Source: Ignavibacteriota bacterium (GTDB taxonomy: Bacteria > Bacteroidota > Ignavibacteria > UBA10030 > CAVZMI01). Taken from it: a DNA stretch of 64,000 bases. This document shows, one piece after another, positions 40,956-50,384 of this stretch (its first letter is position 1; each line of letters begins with the position of its first letter). The notes below the pieces were generated by a model. The model was not told the origin of the DNA. It was given only the letters and a program-made list of their open reading frames with translations, and made no database searches. The position numbers and the translations under genes are program-made. The stretch covers positions 166,257 to 230,256 of the forward strand of contig CAVZMI010000018.1 in NCBI GenBank assembly GCA_963776275.1, read 5' to 3'.

Positions 40956-41057
40956 ACGCACGCCGTATATCTTTTTTATAGCTTTAGGAAGCCCGCGGTC
41001 CGAAAACGATTCAAGGCCACATCAAAGTGGATGCGTCTGTAAGCTTATTCCATTAAT

Positions 41058-41123
41058 GGAGTATAAGAAACTGCGAAATAAAAAACAATTATTATGAAAA
41101 TACCTCAGTATTCTCGAAAATGT
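41058..41123 (-). promoter_or_regulatory. Promoter-like repeat copy 1, pointing into the array
   Basis: Minus strand TTGTTT-17 bp-TATACT; 57/66 identical to 41778-41843. Confidence 0.6.
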
Positions 41124-41130
41124 CGCCGAC

Positions 41131-41716
41131 TTATTTGAAACCCATCATTTTCCGAATGCAATCCGCATTCGCTTCGCCGGTTATTCTCGCTAATAGTTCA
41201 AACGCCACTTCCATCGCAGTGGCTGGAGACGTAGAAGTGATAACATTCCTATCGCAAACAATCGGCTGGTCAATGACATTCACCCCAAATCCAGCCAGTT
41301 GTTTACGCCGTAAACCTTCCCGCAGATGATAGGTGGTTGCATTGCGTTCCTTAAGAATACCGCTATTGGCAAGTGGAAGAGCACCAACGCATATCGAAGC
41401 GATTGGCTTCTCCAATTCATCAAAGTGGCGGATCAGGTCGGCAACTGACTCGGAATAGGCTTGTTCATAATAACCATATGTTTCAAACCCACCCGGAATA
41501 GCCAGCGCTTCAAAATCTTCCGCCTTTATTTCGGATAGAAGCTTGTCTGGAATCACCTTGATCCCAAATGTCCCTAGAACTTCGTTCTGCAAGCCGACCG
41601 TTACGACTTCCACTGCTTCTGTGCCATATACCCCGGACCAGCCCAGGACGTTCGTAAAACGCAGCGGCTTCATATATCTCAACACCGTTGCACAATAGAA
41701 GTAAGACTTTTTTCAT
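41131..41716 (-). CDS. DJ-1/PfpI family protein (frameshift near 41655)
   Basis: MKKVLLLLCNGVEIYEAAAF, AIPGGF, ASICVGA, ITSTSP. Confidence 0.88.
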
Positions 41717-41777
41717 GGTTTCATCTCTACACTCCGGACTATCAATCCGGAAGATTGAACATTTTTGCAATTCAAAC

Positions 41778-41843
41778 GGAGTATAAGGAACTGCGAATTA
41801 AAAAGCAATAATTTTGAAAATAACTGAGCATTCTTGAAAATGT
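41778..41843 (-). promoter_or_regulatory. Promoter-like repeat copy 2
   Basis: Minus strand TTGCTT-17 bp-TATACT. Confidence 0.6.
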
Positions 41844-41858
41844 AGTTGAGCTGTTTTC

Positions 41859-42153
41859 AGGACGATTAAACTTATCGTCCTACATGGTTTTCACCAGCCA
41901 CTTTGAGGACGATTAAACTAATCGTCCTACATTGTTGTCATCTACCTTTTTAGGACGATTAAACCTGTGGTGAGTCCGCCCATAGGCGGATCGAACCACT
42001 AATCGTCCTACATTATTATCATCAATCACTTTTAGGACGATCAAACTGATCGTCCTACATTGTCATCATCACCCTTTTTAGGACGATTAAGATAATCTTA
42101 CTACATTGTTGTCATCAAGCATATTTAGGACGATTAAGATAATCGTCCTACAT
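41859..42153 (-). repeat. Tandem array of six GTAG-type REP hairpins, period about 46-47 bp
   Basis: AGGACGATTAAACTAATCGTCCTACAT x6; reads GTAG plus hairpin on the minus strand. Confidence 0.85.
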
Positions 42154-42298
42154 TTGTTCTTGTTTTATATATATTTTTGTGTCGAAACCACCGCAAATAT
42201 CGCCTTGCTTTTCTATCAAAGCTTCTCTATATTCGTACGTTGAAAATTTAAGACAGAAGTCTTTGAACTGCCTTTTTTGATCCTTCTATATATATTTT

Positions 42299-43216
42299 AT
42301 GAACCTCATCAACAAGCTTGTCGTCACGATTCTTCCATTTATCCCCAAACCCCTTGTACGTTTTTTTGCCAAACGCTATATAGCAGGTGAATCTTTAAGC
42401 GACGCTGCACGAGTCGTAACCGAGTTATCGAAAAAAGGTGCGATGGCGACGATAGACGTTCTCGGGGAAAACGTCACTAAAAACGAAGAAGCGATAGATG
42501 CGCGGGAAACATGCAAAAACGTTCTTCGAATGATCGTCGAGTTGAAACTCGAAGCAAATCTTTCGGTCAAACTCACACAGCTAGGCTTGAAACTCGATAA
42601 GGAATTTTGCTATACCAATGTGCGCGAAGTCGTCGAGCTGGCCGGATCGTCCAATTACTTTATCTGGATCGATATGGAAGACCATACCTGTACGGACGAT
42701 ACGATAGAGATATTTATACGACTTAGAAAAGAATTTACCAATGTCGGTATCGCACTTCAGGCGTACCTCAAACGTACCGAACCGGATGTCGACAGACTGA
42801 ATGAGCTGGGTGCAGGATTCAGACTGTGCAAAGGTATTTATATCGAACCTGAAGAGATAGCCCTCAAGAAAAAGCAGGAGGTACGGGAGAATTTCCTGAA
42901 ACTCCTCGACCGTATGCTTTCGAAAAAAGCGTATGTCGGTATCGCGACGCACGACATCTATCTTATCGTCGGAGCGAAACAACTTATTGCAAAATATGAT
43001 CTTCAGCCCGACAAATATGAATTCCAGATGCTTCTAGGCGTCCGGAACGATCTGCGCGATGCACTACTTGTCGGCGGACACCGGCTCAGGATCTATGTCC
43101 CGTTCGGATCAAAATGGTACGCCTATTCTCTGCGGCGCTTTAAGGAAAATCCGGAAATCGCAGGCTATGTGTTCAAAGCGCTTTTCGATTGGGCAAGATT
43201 TATCAGAAGAAAATAA
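42299..43216 (+). CDS. Monofunctional proline dehydrogenase
   Basis: RYIAGE, SVKLTQLG, IDME, RLCKGIY, IATHD, EFQMLLG, YVPFG, RRFKENP. Confidence 0.93.
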   Translation: MNLINKLVVTILPFIPKPLVRFFAKRYIAGESLSDAARVVTELSKKGAMATIDVLGENVTKNEEAIDARETCKNVLRMIVELKLEANLSVKLTQLGLKLDKEFCYTNVREVVELAGSSNYFIWIDMEDHTCTDDTIEIFIRLRKEFTNVGIALQAYLKRTEPDVDRLNELGAGFRLCKGIYIEPEEIALKKKQEVRENFLKLLDRMLSKKAYVGIATHDIYLIVGAKQLIAKYDLQPDKYEFQMLLGVRNDLRDALLVGGHRLRIYVPFGSKWYAYSLRRFKENPEIAGYVFKALFDWARFIRRK

Positions 43217-43562
43217 TAGTCCCCTCTCTCTGAGAGGGGTGGTCGCCGACATGTCCTGCCCTTAGGGACTACTTTGTTGTCTTAAAGGACAACTACGTGG
43301 AGCGAATTCCGCCGGCTTGCCCTGAGCTTGCTCGCCGCGAGCTTACCGAGCGGTCGAAGGGAGGCGACCGGGGTGTGTAAATAATCGTATTATGGCACAC
43401 CGCCTTTGACGAACTATAGTCAGGGTTCTACTTCCCGTCTTAAAAGGGGGGTATTTTTTTCTTTTTTAGCTGCAGACTTTATTTTCAAAAAGAGAATGAC
43501 GACATTTCTATGAATCTTTTTTTCAGCTAATTTTCAGCCAAAAAAAATCAAAGGAGAATTGC

Positions 43563-45638
43563 ATGGCTGACGTCTCTACACCGTACAGGCCGTATGTCCC
43601 GGCTGAAACCTCTATGAAAGAATTTACACTCCGTGCGCTTCTGATTGGATTGGTAATGTGCGTTATTCTCGGCGCCGCGAATGCATACCTGGGTCTTAAG
43701 GCGGGTATGACGATCGCAGCGACTTATCCTGCAGCGGTGATCGGGATGGCTGTCCTTCGCATATTCCGCGGATCGATCTTAGAAGAAAATTTCGCCCGTA
43801 CCGTCGGCTCAATCGGTGAATCCGTCGCTGCCGGGGCGATCTTCACGATACCGGCATTCGTCGTGCTAAAGATCTGGAATTTTAATGTGGAGAGCATGCT
43901 TTCCGAGTACCTGATAGCGGCTTCATTGATGATCCTCGGAGGTATTCTCGGTATTCTGTTCGTGACGGTACTTCGCCGCGTCATGGTGGAAGATGCCACA
44001 CTGCCATTCCCCGAATCCGTTGCCGCCGCCGAAATCCATAAAGCGGGTCAGCGCGGTGCCGGGGCTGCGATTCAACTTTTTCAGGCCATGGCCGTCGGTG
44101 CATTCATTAAGTTGATGGACGGTTTGAATATATTTCATTCGTCGAATGATTTTCAGGTAATGGTCGGACGCGTGAAGGATTCATTTGTAAAACTTGGATT
44201 GAAGGCTGATTCCGAAAAAATTATCGGAGGCGGTATAACGACAATTTCGGCACCGGCTGCAACACCCGCGTACATAGGCGTCGGTTATATAATCGGACCC
44301 GAGCTCGGTGCGTTAAACTTTGCAGGCGGACTTCTGGCATGGGGGCTGTTCGTTCCACTCCTCGTATTTTTTCTCGGACCCTATGAGATCGATAAATATC
44401 TGGCAGCGAATAATAACGATACGCTCGGTGCCTGGGCTGCACTGACAGGTCATCTCTATCGTTATATCGTCCGCCCCATTGCAGTCGGAGGGATGCTTGT
44501 CGGAGCGTGTTATACGTTATGGAAAATGCGGAAGAATTTAATCCTGGGCATCAAGCGAGGCGTCGCAGATATTAAAAAGACCGCGGCCGCTTCTGCCGCT
44601 ACCGAACGCACACAAAAAGACTTACCGTTCAAAAGTGTAATACTCGGGATAGCCGTTGTGTTTGCTTTGATGATCGGTCTATATTTCTATTTTACCAATA
44701 TGATGCTCGGTGCAATTCTTGCGGCTGTTGTAATGTTGGTCACCGGATTCTTCTTTGCAGCCGTATCGGGTAACCTCGTCGGAATGATCGGATCGTCAAA
44801 TAATCCGATCTCCGGCCTGACGCTTGCCGCTACGGTTGTGGCCGCTCTCACGATGGTTCTCGTCGGCGCGTTCGGCATGGCCGGTGTCGCTGCAGTGCTC
44901 GGTGTCGCAGCGGTTGTGTGTGTATCGTCGGCAGTTGCGGGTGAAATGCTGCAGGATCTAAAAGTCGGTCATATACTTGGAGGCACACCTTCAAAGATGC
45001 AAATCGGCGATATCATCGGCGTTATCATGGCGGGCCTTGTAATGTTTTTTCCGTTGTATGTTCTTCATAATTCGGATCTCGCGAGTAATCCTTTATCGGG
45101 CGGATTCGGCGGACCGAAGCTTCCCGCACCGCAAGCGGGTCTGATGGCTGCTTTGTCGCTGGGGATTGTAGGAGGCGAAATGGCATGGCCGCTTGTCATT
45201 GTCGGAATTGCATTGGGAATCTCGCTCATCTTGATAAGAGTCAAAAGTCCGATGTTGTTTTCTGTCGGCATGTATTTGCCGCTTGAAACAACCTTCGCGA
45301 TCTTCATCGGCGGCCTGGTGCGCGGCTTCGTCGATAAACGTGCTGCAAAGCGCAGATACAACGATGCACAGAAAGTACGCGTTGAAAATGCCGGCATACT
45401 GTCGGCGTCGGGCTTGATCGCTGGCGAAGCGTTGATGGGTTTGTTCATCGCGACTGTGGTGTTTGTACGTGATAGAATGAGCGGGACACCGGAATTCTGG
45501 ACACTGAAGTTATTCGAATCGATTGCATCGTGGCTCGCAATCCCGGTCTTCGTGCTGCTCGCGGCCTACTTGATCCTTGTGCCGCTATCCAAGGCCGGCA
45601 GGCCGGACGAGCCCGCACCGCCGACTGCAATGATGTGA
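43563..45638 (+). CDS. OPT family oligopeptide transporter
   Basis: ANAYLGLKAG, ILEEN, SSNNPISG, QDLKVGH, APQA. Confidence 0.95.
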   Translation: MADVSTPYRPYVPAETSMKEFTLRALLIGLVMCVILGAANAYLGLKAGMTIAATYPAAVIGMAVLRIFRGSILEENFARTVGSIGESVAAGAIFTIPAFVVLKIWNFNVESMLSEYLIAASLMILGGILGILFVTVLRRVMVEDATLPFPESVAAAEIHKAGQRGAGAAIQLFQAMAVGAFIKLMDGLNIFHSSNDFQVMVGRVKDSFVKLGLKADSEKIIGGGITTISAPAATPAYIGVGYIIGPELGALNFAGGLLAWGLFVPLLVFFLGPYEIDKYLAANNNDTLGAWAALTGHLYRYIVRPIAVGGMLVGACYTLWKMRKNLILGIKRGVADIKKTAAASAATERTQKDLPFKSVILGIAVVFALMIGLYFYFTNMMLGAILAAVVMLVTGFFFAAVSGNLVGMIGSSNNPISGLTLAATVVAALTMVLVGAFGMAGVAAVLGVAAVVCVSSAVAGEMLQDLKVGHILGGTPSKMQIGDIIGVIMAGLVMFFPLYVLHNSDLASNPLSGGFGGPKLPAPQAGLMAALSLGIVGGEMAWPLVIVGIALGISLILIRVKSPMLFSVGMYLPLETTFAIFIGGLVRGFVDKRAAKRRYNDAQKVRVENAGILSASGLIAGEALMGLFIATVVFVRDRMSGTPEFWTLKLFESIASWLAIPVFVLLAAYLILVPLSKAGRPDEPAPPTAMM

Positions 45639-45654
45639 TATCGAAGGAATAAAT

Positions 45655-45990
45655 ATGAAGAGACGTTCTGTGCCGCTGAATCTGCTTGAGCTGCAGCCGG
45701 AACGTCTTTTTCAATGGGAAGAAGGCGAAGACGGTAACGTCGTCGTGCTGGTACCGAAATTTCGTCATCCATGGCTTCAGTGGCTGCAGGCGCGACTCAA
45801 AAAAAAATATTTTCATGTCAAGCTCGATGCGTTCGGGAGTCATGTCTGGCGTGCCTGTGACGGAAGGATGAAAGTTGCAGCCATTGCCGAATCTTTTCGT
45901 GAACAATTCGGCGATGTACCGGAGTTATACGATCGGATAGCGAAATTCCTGAGGCATCTGGAACGGGGAAGCATTGTCAGAATGAAATAA
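45655..45990 (+). CDS. PqqD-family (RRE-like) protein
   Basis: VKLDAFGSHVWRACDG..VAAIAE..FLRHL. Confidence 0.7.
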   Translation: MKRRSVPLNLLELQPERLFQWEEGEDGNVVVLVPKFRHPWLQWLQARLKKKYFHVKLDAFGSHVWRACDGRMKVAAIAESFREQFGDVPELYDRIAKFLRHLERGSIVRMK

Positions 45991-46264
45991 GAAATCTTTT
46001 CCCCACGGAGTTCATATTTGTATTATTAATGAGAAGTGTTTACATATGCATTTATAATTTTTTTTTACATCCTTTAAATAGAAATATTTTCTTTTTGGAC
46101 AGCCCTGTGTCGAAGGGTTTAATTCTTGTCCTGAGCGAGGGAGCGTAGCGACCGAGCCGAAGGATTTTCTTTTTTCTTTTTCCTTTTTTAATTTTTCCTT
46201 TTTAATTTTTCCTTAACGAAGGCTTTTCGAAATTATATAGAGATCTGATAGGAGTAAAAAGACT

Positions 46265-47722
46265 ATGTCATCAGCAATTGAAGGTCTGGAGCCAAAAAAA
46301 TTATGGGAATATTTTGCCGAGCTCAGTACAATTCCCCGCGGCTCAAAGAACGAAGCGAAAGCGGCTGCGTATGTTGCAGGCGTGGCAAAAAAGCTCGGAC
46401 TTGAAGTTCAAAAAGATATCGCAGGCAATGTCGTTGTAAGAAAACCTGCCGCTGCAGGACGTGAAAATGCGCCAATGGTCGCTCTGCAGGGCCATCTTGA
46501 TATGGTCTGCGAGAAGAACAAGGAGAAAGTCCACAATTTCGAAAAAGATCCGATTGTCCTTCGCCGCAGCGGTAATTTCCTCACGGCGGACGGCACAACG
46601 CTGGGTGCCGACAATGGAATTGGCGTTTGTACCGCCCTGGCATTGATGGAAGAGCAATCGGTTCTCCATGGTCCGCTCGAATTCCTCTTTACCATTGATG
46701 AGGAAACAGGATTAACCGGAGCCAATAATCTCAAGGACGATTTCGTGAAGTCGCGTACTCTGCTAAACCTCGATTCAGAAGAAGAGGGAACGCTCTACGT
46801 CGGCTGTTCGGGGGGCGGCGATACTGTAGGTACGCTTCAGGTTGAGTATGAAGCGATGCCGGCACAATCGATCGCGATGAATTTGAAGATCGGCGGGCTA
46901 AGAGGCGGGCATTCCGGTCTTGAGATTCATACAGGCCGTGGAAATGCAATCAAACTGATCAATCGGGTGCTGTATATTCTTTCAGAGATGGGAGTGAGGC
47001 TTGCGTCGATCGAAGGGGGGAACAAACGGAATGCAATTCCGCGTGAAACAGAAGCGGTCATTGTCGTTCCGAAGAGACTCGTCGATGAAGTGGAAAAAGT
47101 TGCCGCATCGTGCGATGCGATGTTTAAAACGGAATATGCGACGGTTGACGGCGGAGTTACACTTTCCATTACGGAAATCAAGGGGAAGAAAGTCCGTGTA
47201 CTGAAAAAAGCGCAGCAGAAAAAACTTGTGAATCTCCTTTATGCTCTGCCGCACGGCGTAATTGCTATGAGTCCGGATATACCGGGTCTGGTCGAGACCT
47301 CGACGAACCTTGCAACGATCAACACGACCAGGAAGGGGATTGTCATCGCGACGAGCCAGCGCAGCTCGGTGGAGAGCGAAAAGAAGGACGTTGTGCAAAT
47401 GGTACACTCGACGTTCGTTCTTTCCGGTGCCGAAGTAGAACACGGCGACGGTTATCCCGGATGGAAGCCGAATCTGAATTCGGCAATCCTGAAAATCGCT
47501 AAAGACACCTATCAAAAAAAATATGGGAGACTTCCCGAGGTAAAAGCCATTCATGCAGGATTGGAATGCGGCATCATCGGCGAAAAATTCCCCGGTATGG
47601 ATATGATCTCATTCGGACCGACGCTTGAGATGGTTCACTCGCCCGAGGAACGCGTTCACATTGACACGGTGAAAACATTCTGGGACTATTTATGTGCAAT
47701 ACTCGACAGGGTATCGTTATAA
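46265..47722 (+). CDS. pepD: Aminoacyl-histidine dipeptidase (M20)
   Basis: LQGHLDMV, TLGADNGIG, DEETG, NLDSEE, GGHSG, IHAGLECG. Confidence 0.95.
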   Translation: MSSAIEGLEPKKLWEYFAELSTIPRGSKNEAKAAAYVAGVAKKLGLEVQKDIAGNVVVRKPAAAGRENAPMVALQGHLDMVCEKNKEKVHNFEKDPIVLRRSGNFLTADGTTLGADNGIGVCTALALMEEQSVLHGPLEFLFTIDEETGLTGANNLKDDFVKSRTLLNLDSEEEGTLYVGCSGGGDTVGTLQVEYEAMPAQSIAMNLKIGGLRGGHSGLEIHTGRGNAIKLINRVLYILSEMGVRLASIEGGNKRNAIPRETEAVIVVPKRLVDEVEKVAASCDAMFKTEYATVDGGVTLSITEIKGKKVRVLKKAQQKKLVNLLYALPHGVIAMSPDIPGLVETSTNLATINTTRKGIVIATSQRSSVESEKKDVVQMVHSTFVLSGAEVEHGDGYPGWKPNLNSAILKIAKDTYQKKYGRLPEVKAIHAGLECGIIGEKFPGMDMISFGPTLEMVHSPEERVHIDTVKTFWDYLCAILDRVSL

Positions 47723-47756
47723 TTGTGAGTTGCGAGTTGTGAATGATTAGTGCATG

Positions 47757-48430
47757 AACAGCCATATCGAGGCCACAAAGAAATTGTAAATGAATTGAAG
47801 CAATTTCAACAGCCAGGTGGCCGAGCCTTGGGTCGAGCTCGTGGTGAGCTTGTCGAACCACTGGTCGAGACCTGGTGGTGAGCTTGCTCGCCGTGAGTTT
47901 ACCTGCCCCGAGTTTATCGAGGGATGAACGGTCGAATCACGAACATAATTAGCCATTTTGAAAGAGAGTCGAGGCAACCCGTGTAAGTTGTTCCCCTCGA
48001 CTAGCTGTTTAAATGGCTGTTCAAGTCTGCTCGGGGAACTGGCTATTGAAAAAAATAATAGTATCAACAGCAAGGTGGCCGAGTCAAAACGCCATTTCAA
48101 CAGCCATATCGAGGCCACAAAGATATTGTAAATGAATTGAAGCAATTTCGACAGCCAGGTGGCCGAGTCAAAACGCCATTTCAACAGCCATATCGAGGCC
48201 ACAAAGAAATTGTAAATGAATTGAAGCAATTTCGACAGCTAGGTGGCCGAGCTAAAGCGCCATTTCAACAGCCATATCGAGGCCACAAAGAAATTGTAAA
48301 TGAATTGAAGCAATTTCGACAGCCAGGTTGCCGAGCCTTGGGTCGAGCTTGCTTGCCGTGAGCCTTGGGTCGAGCTTGTCGAGACCTCGTCGAACGGTCG
48401 AGACCTTGTGGTGAGCCTGTCGAACCACGG
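47757..48430. repeat. 84-bp tandem repeat (one isolated plus about three tandem copies) with REP clusters
   Basis: acagccatatcgaggccacaaagaaattgtaaatgaattgaagcaatttcgacagccaggtggccgag recurs at about 47758, 48100, 48184 and 48268. Confidence 0.9.
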
Positions 48431-48736
48431 ATATGGAAAGCATACTAAAAAGCGAGTCGAGGCAACATTGACGGAGATGCAATAAAGTGAAACAAGGACG
48501 AAATCGTCCACTTTGGTTCGGCAGTAAAGACCGATCCGAAGAGAGCATGAATGAATTCTAAAAATCTTGACATGTATGTTGCCTGAAACATGAGCTCTAG
48601 CTATCGTTTTTTTACCCACTCAGTCGGGAGAAGAGCCAATTTTGATATTGAACTATAAATTATTAGATTCTCTCGTAGGTCATAATGATCGACATAGACC
48701 ACGATCTTGAAGTTTTTGACACTGGATAATCGCTTA

Positions 48737-49884
48737 ATGAGTAACGATCAAGAGAAAAAAGTCATTATAGATAGAGAACAATTCCCGGCACTCTTTGAAG
48801 CTCTCAAAAGAGAGGGTTATCGGATTATCGGACCGACGGTGCGTGACGAAGTCGTCGTGCTTGATGAGATTAACGGGGTCGATGATCTTCCGATTGGAAA
48901 AACCGACGTACAGGCTCCCGGCAGTTATAGCTTGAAAAAACGTAAAGGCGATCCGTTATTTGGTTTCACGGTAGGACCGGAATCACCGAAGAAGTTTCTG
49001 TTCCCGATGAGGTTGAAGCTTTTCGAAGCCCAAAAAGAAGGACGCGATTTCAACATATCGTCAAATCTCAATTTCTCCGGTGATAATGTTCCAAAGATTG
49101 CTTTTTTCGGAATAAAATCCTGTGAATTGAGTGCGATTGAAATTCAGGACAAGATATTGATTCAAGGAATATATGCCGACCGGTATTACAGTTCTCTCCG
49201 CGAAAAATCATTGATTATTGCAGTGAATTGTACATCAGGCGGTGATCAATGTTTCTGTGATTCGATGAAAACAGGCCGAGGGCAATGCACGGTTACGATA
49301 TCGCACTGACGGAAATCATCAGCGGCTATGGTCACTTTTTTGTCGCCGGTATCGGAAGCGACAAGGGGGCGACAATCCTTCAATCGGTTCCCTGTAAACC
49401 GGCCGAAATATCGTATTTGAAAATAGAAAAGAAAGCGATTGAAGAAGCCATAGAGACAATGGGGCGGAAAATAGATACGAGGGGAATTGAAAATCTTCTA
49501 TTCAACAATCTCGAACATCCTGAATGGGATAAAGTCGCAGCGCGTTGCCTGACCTGTGCCAATTGCACCTTGGTGTGTCCGACATGTTTCTGCATGACGG
49601 TCGAAGACACTACGGATATTACGGGTGAACATTCGGAAAGGTGGCGACGTTGGAATTCATGTTTCACGTTGGATTTCGCGAAGGTGGCAGGGGGAAATTT
49701 CAGGGCTTCTGCAAAATCACGCTACCGGCAGTGGCTGACACATAAACTGGCCGGATGGTATCAACAATTCGGAACGTCCGGATGTGTCGGCTGCGGAAGG
49801 TGCATTACATGGTGCCCCGTGGGAATCGATATTATTGCTGAAGTCGAATCGATCAGGGGTGAAAGAACGTCACAAAGTGAATAA
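48737..49884 (+). CDS. Sulfhydrogenase beta-like 4Fe-4S subunit (frameshift near 49280)
   Basis: CLTCANCTLVCPTCFC, CVGCGRCITWCP. Confidence 0.88.
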
Positions 49885-49907
49885 TTTAATCATATAGAGA
49901 GGAAATC

Positions 49908-50384
49908 ATGGAACCAGAGAACCTCACTTCGCTTATAAAGAACCATCCGTTCCTGAAAGGCCTGGCCGACGAGTATATTCAAACGCTCTTATCGTGCGTA
50001 TCGAATGTCCGCTTTCAGGAAGGGGAGTACCTGTCACATGAGGGACAGGAGGCAAAGAATTTTTATCTCATACGTTCCGGTCGTTTGGCGCTGGAAATCG
50101 ATGCACATGAACGCGGTACATTACGAATTCAGACTGTAGGGGAGAATGAAGTCCTCGGTTGGGAGTGGCTCATAACACCGTATCGCTGGAGGTTCGATGC
50201 CTGTGCCCTTGAACAGATACGGGCTTTTTCACTCGACGGAGTATGCCTGCGAAATAAATGCGATACGAATCCGGAATTCGGCTACGAAATGCTCAACCGT
50301 TTTTCCCTGATAATGGCCCAGCATCTTGACTCCACTCGTTTTCAATTGCTCGATATGTACGGCTCCAGACCGGGAGTGAGGTAA
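49908..50384 (+). CDS. Cyclic nucleotide-binding (Crp-like) domain protein
   Basis: HPFLKGL, FYLIRSG, LGWEWL; no HTH. Confidence 0.85.
   Translation: MEPENLTSLIKNHPFLKGLADEYIQTLLSCVSNVRFQEGEYLSHEGQEAKNFYLIRSGRLALEIDAHERGTLRIQTVGENEVLGWEWLITPYRWRFDACALEQIRAFSLDGVCLRNKCDTNPEFGYEMLNRFSLIMAQHLDSTRFQLLDMYGSRPGVR

Larger units (their letters stand above)
15300..40960 (-). mobile_element. Integron-like gene cassette array with no integrase in window (CALIN-like)
   Basis: About 20 co-oriented unrelated genes separated by RYYYAAC...GTTRRRY sites; cassette ends are mutually complementary; stop codons fall inside R'' at 32402 and 39959. Confidence 0.8.

Noticed and set aside
15300-41000. Prophage or IS/transposon origin of the accessory region
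   Set aside because: No phage structural, terminase, integrase or transposase genes; inverted repeats differ per gene and end at GTT/AAC-type cores, and no target duplications were seen
41859-42153. CRISPR array
   Set aside because: Linkers are only 19-20 nt and resemble each other, the repeats vary, there is no cas operon, and the unit fits a GTAG REP
47757-48340. CRISPR array or real CDSs (ORFs 47747-48229, 48137-48361, 48239-48619)
   Set aside because: No unique spacers; the ORFs are open frames across repeats with no RBS or recognisable domain
49908-50384. Crp-like gene inside the hydrogenase operon as a novelty
   Set aside because: This arrangement is common in bacterial group 3b hydrogenase operons
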